Both the position numbers and the translations under genes were made by a program. From the NCBI RefSeq assembly GCF_001194135.2, contig NC_069002.1:24470076-24526333 (forward strand): DNA of 56,258 nt, given 5' to 3'. The notes beneath the pieces are model-generated. The model searched no databases. It was given only the letters and a program-made list of their open reading frames with translations, and had not been told where the DNA came from. The stretch comes from Octopus bimaculoides. Its lineage: Eukaryota. Below, one piece after another: positions 21,605 to 35,348 of the stretch; positions within the stretch are counted from its first letter, which is position 1; the number at the start of each line of letters is the position of its first letter.

Positions 21605-22503
21605 NNNNNNNNNNNNNNNNNNNNNNNNNNNNNNNNNNNNNNNNNNNNNNNNNNNNNNNNNNNNNNNNNNNNNNNNNNNNNNNNNNNNNNNNNNNNNNNN
21701 NNNNNNNNNNNNNNNNNNNNNNNNNNNNNNNNNNNNNNNNNNNNNNNNNNNNNNNNNNNNNNNNNNNNNNNNNNNNNNNNNNNNNNNNNNNNNNNNNNNN
21801 NNNNNNNNNNNNNNNNNNNNNNNNNNNNNNNNNNNNNNNNNNNNNNNNNNNNNNNNNNNNNNNNNNNNNNNNNNNNNNNNNNNNNNNNNNNNNNNNNNNN
21901 NNNNNNNNNNNNNNNNNNNNNNNNNNNNNNNNNNNNNNNNNNNNNNNNNNNNNNNNNNNNNNNNNNNNNNNNNNNNNNNNNNNNNNNNNNNNNNNNNNNN
22001 NNNNNNNNNNNNNNNNNNNNNNNNNNNNNNNNNNNNNNNNNNNNNNNNNNNNNNNNNNNNNNNNNNNNNNNNNNNNNNNNNNNNNNNNNNNNNNNNNNNN
22101 NNNNNNNNNNNNNNNNNNNNNNNNNNNNNNNNNNNNNNNNNNNNNNNNNNNNNNNNNNNNNNNNNNNNNNNNNNNNNNNNNNNNNNNNNNNNNNNNNNNN
22201 NNNNNNNNNNNNNNNNNNNNNNNNNNNNNNNNNNNNNNNNNNNNNNNNNNNNNNNNNNNNNNNNNNNNNNNNNNNNNNNNNNNNNNNNNNNNNNNNNNNN
22301 NNNNNNNNNNNNNNNNNNNNNNNNNNNNNNNNNNNNNNNNNNNNNNNNNNNNNNNNNNNNNNNNNNNNNNNNNNNNNNNNNNNNNNNNNNNNNNNNNNNN
22401 NNNNNNNNNNNNNNNNNNNNNNNNNNNNNNNNNNNNNNNNNNNNNNNNNNNNNNNNNNNNNNNNNNNNNNNNNNNNNNNNTATATACATATACATATATA
22501 TAT

Positions 22504-22557
<54 letters not shown>

Positions 22558-23879
22558 GTGTGTACATATAAACTTTAGGTTATATATTAGTGACATATTG
22601 CAACTTTTAACGGTAAACTCACTCCAGTTACCGTGGAGAAAAAAATGTTTCTCTTATGGTAAGATATTTTAAATCAGCATATCGGCCAAGTGCTGCCCTC
22701 AATCGGATTCCCAGACGCTGCATTTCTGACTCTCTAGCCTTCCTCAATGGGAAATAACGAGGAGCGGTCACTGTGAAGAGATTTTATTTCTTAGCTTTAG
22801 CTAATAATCAGTTATCAACACTGTCCGAGGTGCGCTATTTGACACTGCTGATTTGGTCCCGATCCGGATAAAATCATCAATATCAGAGCAAAGCAGTGAA
22901 TATGCAATAACAAACTTTAGATCAGTCAGAATATGTCTGTGACATATTACAGCTTCTAAAGGCGATCACCGTAGAGAAAAATAATTCTCTTATAGCAAAC
23001 TGTGTAAAAATCTGTTAAAATGCCATAAGTGTCCAGTGCTGGCTTCTATAGGATTCTTAGACGCAGCGTTTAATGCATTTTTACTCTTTTTTACTATAAA
23101 AGAGAATTTTTGTCTTTACGATGACTGCAGTGAATTTGCCCTTAGAAGTTGCAATATCTCACAAACGTATTTTAACTCAACTAATCACAGCTTGGGACTG
23201 ATTCTGCTGAATAATATATCCGCGTGTATGTATGAGGGAGAGAGAGACAGACAAACATACAGAAAGACAGACAAACAGACAGAAAGACAGACAGACAGAT
23301 TGACAGGCAGAAATGGAGAGAAAAAGAGAAGCAGAAATGCAGTAAAAGGGGCTTTTACATTTAAGAAAGTATTGAAACTTATTTTGTTTCGAATAAACTG
23401 CTCTAACGACAAACAGCGACAATCTAATCTTTGTAATACATATTCTGAAATCTAATCATTAAACAGGAAATCAATACTTGAAACTTGAGAAATTTCCATA
23501 ATGGTAAAAGACTTTCGCTTTGTTTTTGGTTACCTTTGTTTCATGTTAATTTTTCTGGCATACAATAGAATAATTTTAGATTTTAAGGAAACCTGATTAA
23601 AACAAAGGCCGAAATCTTATAGATGATGATGCCGTGTAAAAAATGTATACGCTGGAGGATTTATCGAAATGGGGACACACAAAACAAGAACTATTAAATA
23701 TGATAAATATTTTTGACACGAGGTAATATCGTTGAAAGGAGTTCTTAATAACTGCAACAATCAATTTCCTGAGTGATGCCATATCACATGCTTGGAGTAG
23801 AAAAAAAAGGGGATATCTGCATATTAATATTTAATAAATTAAGAATATGTGATGCCTAGAACAATGGAAGGTAGTTAAG

Positions 23880-24150
23880 TGATGATTTTGTCTTTACGTT
23901 TTGAATCCAAATCACACCAGATTCGCCTTTACTAGGCATCTTTTTTACTGAATACACAATCAGTGAAGCGGTCTCTAGTTGGTTAATCCCTCAATTAGAT
24001 ATAACAACCAAATCTCTTCTAAACCACTATCTACTGTTTTTTTTTTAATGTGCTTCTTGGTTCCCTGGGATGGTCACGGCTTGACGGTGACTGGTCATAG
24101 GTCTGACCTGTCAACACTAACATAGAGTCAGCAATAAAAACAATCACCCT
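23880..24150 (+). mobile_element. SINE with B-like head and different 3' body (family E), diverged
   Basis: TTTACGTTTTGAATCCAAAT head; GGATGGTCACGGCT..TCATAGGTCTG tail also seen at 46010-46065. Confidence 0.55.
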
Positions 24151-24179
24151 GAGGTTGGAAAATAATGATTTAGGCAGAC

Positions 24180-24725
24180 GGAGAAGAAATTAGTCGAGAC
24201 ACTCGATCCCTGTATTTGATTGGTATTTTCTTTCATCGACTCCGAAAGGATGACAGACAAAATTGACGCTGGCGGGTTTTGAGATCAGAATGGTGAGAAG
24301 CTTGAGCAGGTAATCCTTTCTACTCCTAGCAGAAGGATGAAAGGCAAAGTCGACCTCGGCGGAATTTGAACTTAGAACCAAAAGAAATGCAGTTAAACAT
24401 TTTCTCTGTGCAGTAACGGTTCTGCCAGCTCACCACCTCAGCTACACCAAATAATGCAAACCAATTATTCCCGATACTCAAACTATTTTGTCAGCTTGTC
24501 CTCATTGGTTTATGATTTAGGCACCAAGACACGCAATTTCGAGGCCAGGGACTTCATCAGAAACATTGACTCTAAGTACTTGACTAGTACTTAGCTTTAT
24601 CGATCTTGAAAACATTAAAGATAAAATTGACAACCGTATGATTTGAAGTCAGAATGTAAATAGCCGGAACAAGTGATGCGAAGCAATGTTTTCCGACACT
24701 CTAGCGACTTTGCCAGCTTGCTGTC
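24180..24725 (-). mobile_element. three SINE family B fragments (24180-24290, 24320-24440, 24500-24725)
   Basis: GGATGAAAGGCAAAGTCGACCTCGGCGGAATTTGAACTTAGAAC and degraded variants. Confidence 0.8.
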
Positions 24726-25051
24726 TTAGTTTGATAAAATTATTCTTGTCCATTGATTTTCTTCCTCGTTATCATTGTGTGATCTTCTTTGATGTGAAAA
24801 CAAATATCGCTAAATAACATAGAATGGTAATAAGGGACACTAATGACATAAGGGGTATTGGTTTGAATCGCATCCCAAGTTTCCTTCCAGAAAGGCTTCT
24901 ATCGTGATATTCATATATCTATTAAGTACATTAGCAGCATTAAGTAAAATCTACTCCCTGGTTCCATTGTTGTCTCTATATTTCCTGAAATTCCGCATAC
25001 GCTCGAAAATAAATCGCGTGTGTTATCTGCTAACTATATCGATCCAAAGTC

Positions 25052-25340
25052 GAGGGCATATGACATAGCGATTAGGATATTGCACCCACGACCTCGAGAT
25101 AGCGGCTTTAATTCCTGGACAGACTACTGGGGTGTGTTCTTGATCATTTCACGTTGCTCTGCCATAACGTTGATACCTGACGTGTGGTACACCGTCCACC
25201 TCTTCAGACAACGTCGATTTGATGGAGAGAGTGAGCTAATGTGCAGCACAAACGTTTGATCACACCAAACAAATAATTTTTGCAGCTTGTTCAGCAAGTA
25301 ATTGCAGAACTCTCTTTCTTGGACAACGAGAGGCTACCGT
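25052..25340 (+). mobile_element. tRNA-SINE family D, near full length
   Basis: GAGGGCATATGACATAGCGATTAGG head, GGCTTTAATTCCTGGAC B-box region, GTGTTCTTGA, 3' TTGTTCAGCAAGTAATTGC matching 26885-26905 in reverse. Confidence 0.75.
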
Positions 25341-26574
25341 CGTACCATATCCTGACGTATCTATTTAAAGTAAATATTCATTATAGATATATATCAGTAA
25401 AACCGAATACAAAGAGACAGGCGGCAGGCTGCATCGGAAAGATTTATATTGTTTGAGGAAAGCAGTAGAAAAAATATACCCTGTTTCGGATTTAGTTTGT
25501 CTGATGCCATGACGTTTTTAGCCGAGGTACAAGAAGGTAGTATTGTCCAAGGGGCCAAATCTTTCTAGAAGGGTTCTAAATATTGAAAATGGGCAATCAA
25601 ATTGCCATGTTTCATAAAAGTAAGATGGTTTCTAGCTTTGTAAACTTCGAAGAATTATACAAATGGAAATTCTGTTTTATCTTCCCAATAATAAACTCAT
25701 ATTCCTAGTGGAATGTAGGTATTTTCTTTTTAGTTTGGAAATTCTGCTGTAATGTAATTTGTAGCTAGATTTTCCTAATAAGTTAGAGTTCCAACAATTG
25801 TCAAGTAAGTAAAAAGTAAAATTTTGATTCATGATGCCAACACAGCATCTTTTAAAAGTTACCATGATTTGGAATTCACTGCGGAGACAAATGAGGATAA
25901 AATTGAAATTAACTTTCCGTTGTTAGCTGTTCTGTCTTGGACGAAGCTCATTTGCTCTTAGCTCTAGAAAATAACTCATCAATTATACAATGCTGTTGTT
26001 AAATTCTTTGGTAAACGATTCTATCCTGTTACCCCACGGGATTCATTTAAGACTAGATGAATTAGAACTTTAAGAGTTAATAGTCATGTACGCATATTTA
26101 CTGAAAATACTTTGTCATCGGTCGAGCGATTAATAGTGTTTATCTACTATCCGATAATCGATATATTTGTATCAATCTTGAACTGCGATCTGAATTAATC
26201 GATTATGGAATTTATAAATAGGAAACGTTGCCTCGAATAGATTTAGAAGAAATGTGATTTTGTAATGTACATCGTGTACATCAATGGCATAGTAAGCAAT
26301 ATACCCCCAAAAGTGTCTATGTATATAATGAATTACCAATCGAACGATTAAGGTTGCTATATAGTCACGTGTATCGACATGTATTTGTTGTTCAAATTCC
26401 CATTAGTTGAATCCATGAAGCTCGAAGACGGTGGCGCACAGCCGTGACATTGTCCACTGCAAAGGCTCTGCGTTATAGCATTGAAAAATGATTTACTGTC
26501 TTGCAGTATTGAGTTCAATACCACTCGTGGAATAAAGATAAGGATATTCAGTAATAATTCTTCTGTTGACTGAA

Positions 26575-26785
26575 GGCCTGAAGTTTTGGTGGGGTTTTAT
26601 TTGGGTGGGTGAGGCTAGTCGATTACATTACCCTCATATCAAAACTGATACTTATTTTATCGGCCCCGAAAGAATGAAAGGCAAAGTTGACCTCGGCGGA
26701 ATTTGATCTGAGAACGTAAAGCCGGAAGAAATGCTCCTAAGCTGCTTGTCCGGCGTGTTAACGATTTTGCCAGATCGCCACCTTA
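26575..26785 (-). mobile_element. SINE family B
   Basis: GAATGAAAGGCAAAGTTGACCTCGGCGGAATTTGA..GCCAGATCGCCACCTTA. Confidence 0.88.
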
Positions 26786-26884
26786 AGTTATTCAGTAAGA
26801 ATATTTGTAAAAAAATACTCAGATCATACGTTCAATATATAAGTATGAATCGTAATCTCTCGTAGTTTGAGAAATACGGTCCAG

Positions 26885-27080
26885 CAATTTCTTACTGAAC
26901 AATCTGCATAAACGATTTGTTTATAGTGATCAAACCTTGTATATTCGCTCGCTCCCTCCGTAAAGATCGACATGAGATAAAGTGTTTTGCTCAAGAACAT
27001 AACGCACTACCCGGTCCAGGAATTGAAACCACAATCTCGCAATTGTGAATGCAACACCCTAACTACTAAGCCATGCACTT
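26885..27080 (-). mobile_element. tRNA-SINE family D
   Basis: TTTTGCTCAAGAACATAACGCACTACCCGGTCCAGGAATTGAAACC..CCCTAACTACTAAGCCATG. Confidence 0.85.
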
Positions 27081-28377
27081 TCAAACAGATATTCCACGAC
27101 AAAAGAAATCGTTATTAAAAATCAAAATGCTAATATTCGTTAATATATCACAGTGTTTTGTGAGCAACTTAACCCTTAACTATTTAAACAACAGAAACTG
27201 CATATTAGTATCAATCAAATCAAGACTTTAGTGACCAATCAAATCAAAACTTCGCTTTTGATTAACCAGACCAGGTCGAGATCTTGACTCACAAGGAATT
27301 CGCTACTTCTTTGCTTCTTTAGGTTTAAATTTCCTCGAAACTGGTATTATGGCGGTGGAAAGTTGCAGAGTGGATAGTTTAGCTAAAACAAGTCACAGAG
27401 TTTACGTTAATGTACTTTACAATATAACAGTTAATTCAAGTGATAAGGCTCAATTAATAACGGTCATGTGTTGCTCTGATGTCACTACAATATATAATAT
27501 AATAAATAGTATCAAACTTACATAGAATCTATTAAACTAATATTTTCTAATATATAATCTCGTTCAGTCACTTTCACTTGCATTACATTAAAAAATCTAG
27601 ACAAAGAAGCACTCGTCAAAATTCAGCTTAGGTACTGAGCCCCGATTCCATCATATTTTAATAAGAAAATAATGAAGTGAATTTTAACCCGTCACATGTT
27701 CAAATTCCTTTTCAAGAAATCTAAGAAATTTAACGGCAGTAAAAACACGAGGAGATTGTTGTTGTTATTTTATCTGTCTAAGTGGGTTTATGACCAAAGG
27801 CGTACCTTTTGAGGCCATCTCCAATTCTTCTCATATTTATTAAAATATATTCAAACATGGCTCCCCCTTTTCAGGTTGATCAGACGTTATTTGAGAGAGA
27901 GTTGGTAGTTATTTCTATTCGAATGAATGTTTTTCTCTCAACTTCTTGACACGAGAAAGACAACAGTAAGCTACAATTTTAGGCCAAAACAAAATTTATG
28001 CAAGTGCTAATTTAAATATGATATATTAATATATATAATTCCCTAATTACCCACACACACAAGCATACGCATACACTCATACATATGAATGGATATTTAT
28101 GCATACAAGTGTTATGTTTGAGAGAGACAGAGATAGAGAGAAATTTTTAAATGAAACATCAGAAAGTAAACTTTATTTGTATAGCTTTTTAAATGAAGCT
28201 GAAACAGCATTTTTGGCGTAATTTTCAAATATACTAGCCGCTTAATACGAAGATATTTAACACAAATATGTTATGCTCTTAAGAAGAAAATATATGTGTG
28301 TGTGTGTGTGTGTATGTGTGTGTGTGTGTGTGTATGTGTGTGTGTGTGTGTGTGTGTATGTGTGTGTGTGTGTGTGT

Positions 28378-28560
28378 AATACTTGATATGTATATATACG
28401 TTTTATATATCTTTTTATGTAGAACCTTATATAATAATTTTATATATCTTATGTAGAGTCTGATATATATATATATCAAACTCTACATAAGATATACAAT
28501 GTTATATAAAGTTCTACATTAAAAGGTATATATAAAACGTATATATACATATCAAGTATT
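28378..28560. repeat. 183-bp imperfect palindrome centred on (TA)n
   Basis: Left AATACTTGATATGTATATATACGTTTTATATAT.. is the reverse complement of the right end ..TATATAAAACGTATATATACATATCAAGTATT; inner ATATCTTATGTAGAGT pairs with ACTCTACATAAGATAT. Confidence 0.93.
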
Positions 28561-30580
28561 CCATAAGATGATATATAAAGCAATTATACCAGGTTCTTAA
28601 TAAGAGGATATTTAAAACAAATGTCCACAAAATCTTTCTCTTTCACTGTCGACGAACAGGATTTCTGTTCTTTAGAGAATCTTTGATACTGAAGAAGCAC
28701 AATATGGTGTGTAGCTATTTATTCGTAATCATAGGAAGTCGACTTCCGATTTAGGAAATGAAAATTGTGTGCGAACAGCATAAGATGGTGGTAAGCTCCA
28801 ATTAAGCCAACTCTACGATACATTACACTGCGTACCTATGATTTTCGACCATAATCAATAGTGTAGGGATGAATGGATTCCTACGAAGCTAATTGCCCAT
28901 GACTTTACTTGAAGCTGAAGCCATCAATGACACCTTATTGAGTCATTAAAATCTGATTCATTTTTTATGTAACAATTGAAGAGAAATGTGTGTATTATGC
29001 CGCTGCTGCATTATGAATAAAGATTTTGCTTTTGACAGTCGTCGCCATGGAACAATCGTTTAAAGCTTGCATCGGTTAATAGAAAAGTCGTGTGAATTAA
29101 TTTTTCTGAAATGTTGTTAGAAATCACAAAGGAATGTGTTTTGAGAATGTTTTAACTTATAACGTTTGTAGCTTGGTGTGTGTATGTATTTTACTGAACA
29201 ACTTCGTAATTAGATGCATGATGGTGTATAATGTTTTTCACGATGGCTGCAGTGGCCTTTTCAGTGAAGAGCGTAAACGTAACCATTTTAAGATATAAAA
29301 GTTTCACGTTTTCTGTAAAAGTGATCACGTAGTGTTACATTGTAACATTTGTAAACATCAAGAAAAATTCAGAACATTTTAAGAAGTTACTAAATTAGCT
29401 TAGTCAGGTGAAATTATGCAGCGTATTTACTAATTTCTCTCGTTCGATTAGTAGTTTCAAATTCTAAATAACCTTTCATATGCACACTTTAGAGAACAAA
29501 GAAGCCAGCTCACGACACCATTCCTCCGAAGATTTCGTGAAGAAAGGGTTTTTATGTCGAAATATTGAAATGCAAGTTAAAAGTAGAAACATTCGAGTTG
29601 TATTATTTCTTATTAATTGCATTGTTTTAGCTTTAAAAAATAAAAACATTTTGTGAGTGTCATCATTTCACTGAATATTGTGAATGTTATTAGACTTAAA
29701 TGGTTGGCATGAGACTGAAATAGCAGATAAAGAGATTTAGGAAAGTCTAGAAGTGAAGTTTAGCCATTGTTCCTCAAGTGGGACTAAAATGTCTTCCGAT
29801 CAATTAGCTGATTACCAATTAATTAACTTTACAAAACTTCTGAAATGTTTAGCGTTGTACCTTTATTTATGTCAGACGTCCCTTTTATCAGCATCAGTAA
29901 TTTTGCTTTGTCACTTGTAAATATCTACGAGTGTGACAATGCGATACATTCAATATATTGTTGAATATGAAGGAGGATCAATATTATTTATTAGGAGATA
30001 GATATGCAAGACACTGCAAAGATCCGACCTAAATTTCTAAAAATATTTGAGAGAAAAAAATCTGATATAACAAAATAATCCCTACATGAAACATTCCTAA
30101 AATACGTATGTGAACTTTGAAAAAAGGTTGGTTCTGACTTTTTCCAACAAGGTCTTTTTTCGGGAAAGGTCTGCGAAAGAATATTTAACTGGCTAAATAT
30201 AGTTTGGTTCATTATATCTAGATCTGGTTGGGTGTTCATAATTCCGGATGTTCGAACATATTTTTACAGAGGTGGTGAGTGTTATAGTGTAAAAAGATTT
30301 CAACGCTGTTTAGCAGCTTAGCAGAGCCAAACATTCTAATATTATCACATAAAGCCTGACAGTATCAACTAATCAAACAAAGCATTCAGTTAATTCTGTA
30401 TATTTGTGTAGATGTGTGAGATTCTGAATTCCATATTTACCGCAAAATTACCAGGTTTGTTTTGAATGTAGCTCTTCAGAATATAATTCCTGTGTAGCGC
30501 GAATAACATGATACAATACCTAATCCAATCGCCCAGCTGTCAATAGAATACCTTACATACGTACATACATACATATATAC

Positions 30581-30628
<48 letters not shown>

Positions 30629-31118
30629 CGAGGGTCTCATACTGAACACACTCGTTAATGATCAACTAGATTTAATAAAGTACTCTACATATTCCGAAAT
30701 TCGAAGCATACTTGCTTGTTCATAATGTATATACTTGCTTGTTAATGATTAACTCAATCTGACACTAGATATAATATCTCGCGTATTAAAACAGGATTAG
30801 TGAATATTTCCTTCCTCAACATCAAGAGGCCACGATTTGTAGAGCGAAAGGGAATTCTATCGAAAGTAATATTGAATATAACAAATGAGAACAATTTACT
30901 AATATTTCGGTTGAACACCCTTAACTATATCGTAATGCTTTTCAATTTCTAGGAATCGTGTACATCTATTAGGATCGTTAACAGCATTTGATGAACATCG
31001 CTATATATGAAGCTAATTTTCATGTTGCCGAATAAACCGTACTACGAGGAAATAAAAATTGTGTCCGGAAATTAAAATCAATCGGTTATTTGTGGCTACA
31101 AGTGGATACAAAATTATG

Positions 31119-31160
<42 letters not shown>

Positions 31161-31274
31161 CATTCAACCATCTATTCATATATATGCATATATATTTGCG
31201 CATACAGACATATATAATGATTTATTTATACATACTTACGTATACATTCATACAGACACATCGATTAACACACA

Positions 31275-31279
<5 letters not shown>

Positions 31280-31314
<35 letters not shown>

Positions 31315-31318
31315 TAGG

Positions 31319-31374
<56 letters not shown>

Positions 31375-31515
31375 GAGAGAGATAGATAGATGGAGGGATA
31401 GATGGATGGATGGATGGATGGATAGATAGATAGATAGACATTTGTGTATGTATGCATGTATTAACATAGACACATATATGTATATAAAATCATATACATA
31501 CGAATAAATGGTTAG

Positions 31516-31595
<80 letters not shown>
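31280..31595. repeat. (TA)n, (GATA)n and (TG)n microsatellites
   Basis: Direct reading of the sequence. Confidence 0.95.
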
Positions 31596-32054
31596 TAATG
31601 AATAGAGTTGCCTTAGGTTATTTGCAGATAACTACAATCATTCAATGATGTGTTTCAAGTGTAATATTAATTTACTTAGTAATTGAGAGACACATCTTGG
31701 AATTCATCAGACGCAGAATTAATTCCAGAAATACTGACATTATTTACGAGAAATAGGGCTTCCTCTCATAGTAAATACCAATAGCGAAGGAAGTAGTTAG
31801 TAATTAGTTAGTATTGATAGTTTCTTAGTACAGTGTTTGTTGAGAGATTTTTTGCGGTGAGGTGGAAATATGTAGATAATTTTGGAAGATTAGTGTCTGG
31901 GTAAAGAGTATGGAAATCAACGGTTAATAGTTGTCAAGTTGAGGTAAGCGAATTCATAACTTTCCTTGTTCCTAATTAATGTAGCATACGAGAGATGTAT
32001 GCTTAAATACAAGGAATATGGACATTTGAATAGGGTTGCCTTGAGTTCCATAGC

Positions 32055-32846
32055 TAAATAAATGAAAAAATATACTGTAAACAAACAATGACAAGGTAAA
32101 AAAAAAAACTTACAACGTATACTGACCATACAACCGGACGGAAGACAGAAACAGAAAGCACCTAATTCTTCATCAGTTCTCAACCACATGGTATTACGCA
32201 GTTTCGCCCCATTAATGATAAGACTGAGGACTTCTCAAGCTGTCGGTGCCCGCAAAAATTGCGGGAATTATAAGGCCGAGTGCAAGCAAAAACTGTACAG
32301 TGGAGATACGAAAGTCAATGTAATCTAAGACCATGGACAAATACGAAACAAACAAAAAACGAGTAAAGTACAGCCTTGGGGTCAAAAAGACAATAATGGT
32401 GGGTAACACTTAGAAGTCATCTTAAGGGATTAGAAAGCAACAAATAGCAAGACGTGGGATGCAGAGAATTTAGGACCGGTCAACTATGCAGCCTGTGAGA
32501 AAAAGGGAAAGAAAGAAAGAAAGGCTGGCCACGGGTCACGTGTCGACAGCAGGAGAAACAGGGCAAGAGAGAGGGTGAGAGAGAGCAACAGATAAAAAAA
32601 CATACATTTATTCACTTTCGTATGTCCACACTGTATTGTTTTGTTTGCTCTGGGCTCTATATTCTCCACGACTCACGCGGGCGCCGGCCATATTGGAAGT
32701 GCTCAGTCATATCATTGATGGTGAGAAACTGCGTAATACCATCTGGTTGATGACTGATGAAGAATGAAGGACCTTCTATGTCTGTCTCCCGTTGTACGTT
32801 TTTTATCCTGTCGTTGTTTATTTACAATACAGTATTCCATGTTTAT
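32055..32846. mobile_element. non-autonomous long-TIR element, copy 2 (longer)
   Basis: Colinear with 1616-2270; extra ~149-bp segment at 32553-32701; TIRs at ~32055-32235 and ~32696-32846. Confidence 0.85.
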
Positions 32847-32854
32847 ATGTATAT

Positions 32855-33598
32855 ACTAGCTGTTGGACCTGGCGTTGTTCGTGGTTTCCGTGTTGTAGTT
32901 AAGCCCACCTCTGACCGTTGAAATTTTACAAGTGATTACAATTCATGTCCATCAGTTGATGCCAGTTCTTGAATGAAATAAAAAAACCTTTACCGTCTCC
33001 CCTACCACAAATCTAAATCTCAAATTTCATTAAAATAGAATGAAAAATATAAGTTACGACCCAAAATAAAATCCCTGTGGGGACTTGCACGCAGAAGCCT
33101 ATTGATTTAATAAAACCACTGCTCAGGCTCAGTTATCGATATTTTGTCAATGTCATGTACATCAACTCATTGTCATGAGCCTCGCTCACACTTCGATTAT
33201 CATCAAAATCGGACAAATAGGCAAAAGCTGCAGGAAAAATAACATTGTTATGGGAATTTTCATTCAAACGCCCGAATGAGCTCACAAAAATCGATACCAG
33301 CTGAGCATTATCAAGTTTTCTAAAAATTCCTGCCTCATTTGAACTTCAGGGCAAGTGATCTACGTATGTGCCAAAAATCATTAAAATCGGTTAAACGATG
33401 TGGGAGGAGTTAGAGAAACCACAAACACACACACACACAGACACCATTACACATTGATGTGTATGTATGTATATATATGTGTGTGCGTGTGTGTGTGTGT
33501 GTGTGCATGTGTGTGAGAGAGAGTGTGTGTATGTGCTTGTGTGTGTGTTTGTGTGAGTGTGTGTGTGTGTATGTATATATAAAGATATATATAGATTT
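32855..33598 (+). mobile_element. Helentron-associated/DINE-like (HINE) non-autonomous element
   Basis: ACTAGCTG..ACCTGGCGTTG start, CAAATTTCATTAAAAT and AAAAATCATTAAAATCGG motifs, GGAGGAGTTAG then (CA)n, ATATATAGAT end. Confidence 0.6.
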
Positions 33599-34616
33599 AT
33601 CATTGAAGAGTTGTGTTGAGGTTGTTTGAATTAGATTAGACATACAACGTGATTATCCGCGCTATATTAGGAGAGTCTCGTTCAATGTACCAAGCAGCGG
33701 TACTGAACCTGTGGTGCCATGGTACTAGGCAGTGGTACCGAACCACGTGGCTGTTTGTAAAACGAGCTTCAAAACCACAAAATCATACACACATACACAC
33801 ACATATATGTATATATATATGTGTTTATATATATATATATATATATATATATNNNNNNNNNNNNNNNNNNNNNNNNNNNNNNNNNNNNNNNNNNNNNNNN
33901 NNNNNNNNNNNNNNNNNNNNNNNNNNNNNNNNNNNNNNNNNNNNNNNNNNNNNNNNNNNNNNNNNNNNNNNNNNNNNNNNNNNNNNNNNNNNNNNNNNNN
34001 NNNNNNNNNNNNNNNNNNNNNNNNNNNNNNNNNNNNNNNNNNNNNNNNNNNNNNNNNNNNNNNNNNNNNNNNNNNNNNNNNNNNNNNNNNNNNNNNNNNN
34101 NNNNNNNNNNNNNNNNNNNNNNNNNNNNNNNNNNNNNNNNNNNNNNNNNNNNNNNNNNNNNNNNNNNNNNNNNNNNNNNNNNNNNNNNNNNNNNNNNNNN
34201 NNNNNNNNNNNNNNNNNNNNNNNNNNNNNNNNNNNNNNNNNNNNNNNNNNNNNNNNNNNNNNNNNNNNNNNNNNNNNNNNNNNNNNNNNNNNNNNNNNNN
34301 NNNNNNNNNNNNNNNNNNNNNNNNNNNNNNNNNNNNNNNNNNNNNNNNNNNNNNNNNNNNNNNNNNNNNNNNNNNNNNNNNNNNNNNNNNNNNNNNNNNN
34401 NNNNNNNNNNNNNNNNNNNNNNNNNNNNNNNNNNNNNNNNNNNNNNNNNNNNNNNNNNNNNNNNNNNNNNNNNNNNNNNNNNNNNNNNNNNNNNNNNNNN
34501 NNNNNNNNNNNNNNNNNNNNNNNNNNNNNNNNNNNNNNNNNNNNNNNNNNNNNNNNNNNNNNNNNNNNNNNNNNNNNNNNNNNNNNNNNNNNNNTATATA
34601 TATATATATATAGATG

Positions 34617-34663
<47 letters not shown>

Positions 34664-34801
34664 GGATAGATAGATAGATATGTATGTATGTATTCATTTG
34701 TGTCACGTGTACACAATGAGTTTAATAGGAAAATGAAGACGTTTTATTGTCAATTTATGACAAAATTTGGTTTGCTAGATGGGAATTCCACCTATGTTTA
34801 A

Positions 34802-35008
34802 TTAAAATGTTTTCTGAAAGCTGCCTCTATGATTGATGTATGTAACCAGGGTTTGATACAGGTATCGCAATTGTTTGTTTCAACACCTGCTTCATTTCCT
34901 CATACGGGATACCGACGTACACGGATTGGCTCTGTGACTGACATTACTATCAATGAATCTCGGGGCATGACAGATCCAACAACACGTTTAAAACATCGTT
35001 GGCATTAG
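34802..35008 (+). other. possible coding exon/short ORF in non-repetitive DNA (unidentified)
   Basis: 68 stop-free codons ending ..TGYRRTRIGSVTDITINESRGMTDPTTRLKHRWH*; no recognised homology. Confidence 0.2.
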
Positions 35009-35290
35009 GATTTAACAATTAATTTGAAGAGGGTGGCATCTGATAATTGCCTACGACTCAGTGCAAATATACGTCAATATAAATTTGATTCGTACACAGG
35101 AAATATGTCAATATTTCAAGCAAGGAATGTAAATTAGCGCTATCAAAATCATATATTCCTAATACCTTATTAATATGTTATATGTCCATGTGAGTTTAAG
35201 ACAGGTGTCTAGCCACTGGAGATTTGAGCGCGGACAAAAATGTAATAAACCAATAACACATTTAAGAATTTCCAAATTATTCTCAAATGA

Positions 35291-35348
<58 letters not shown>

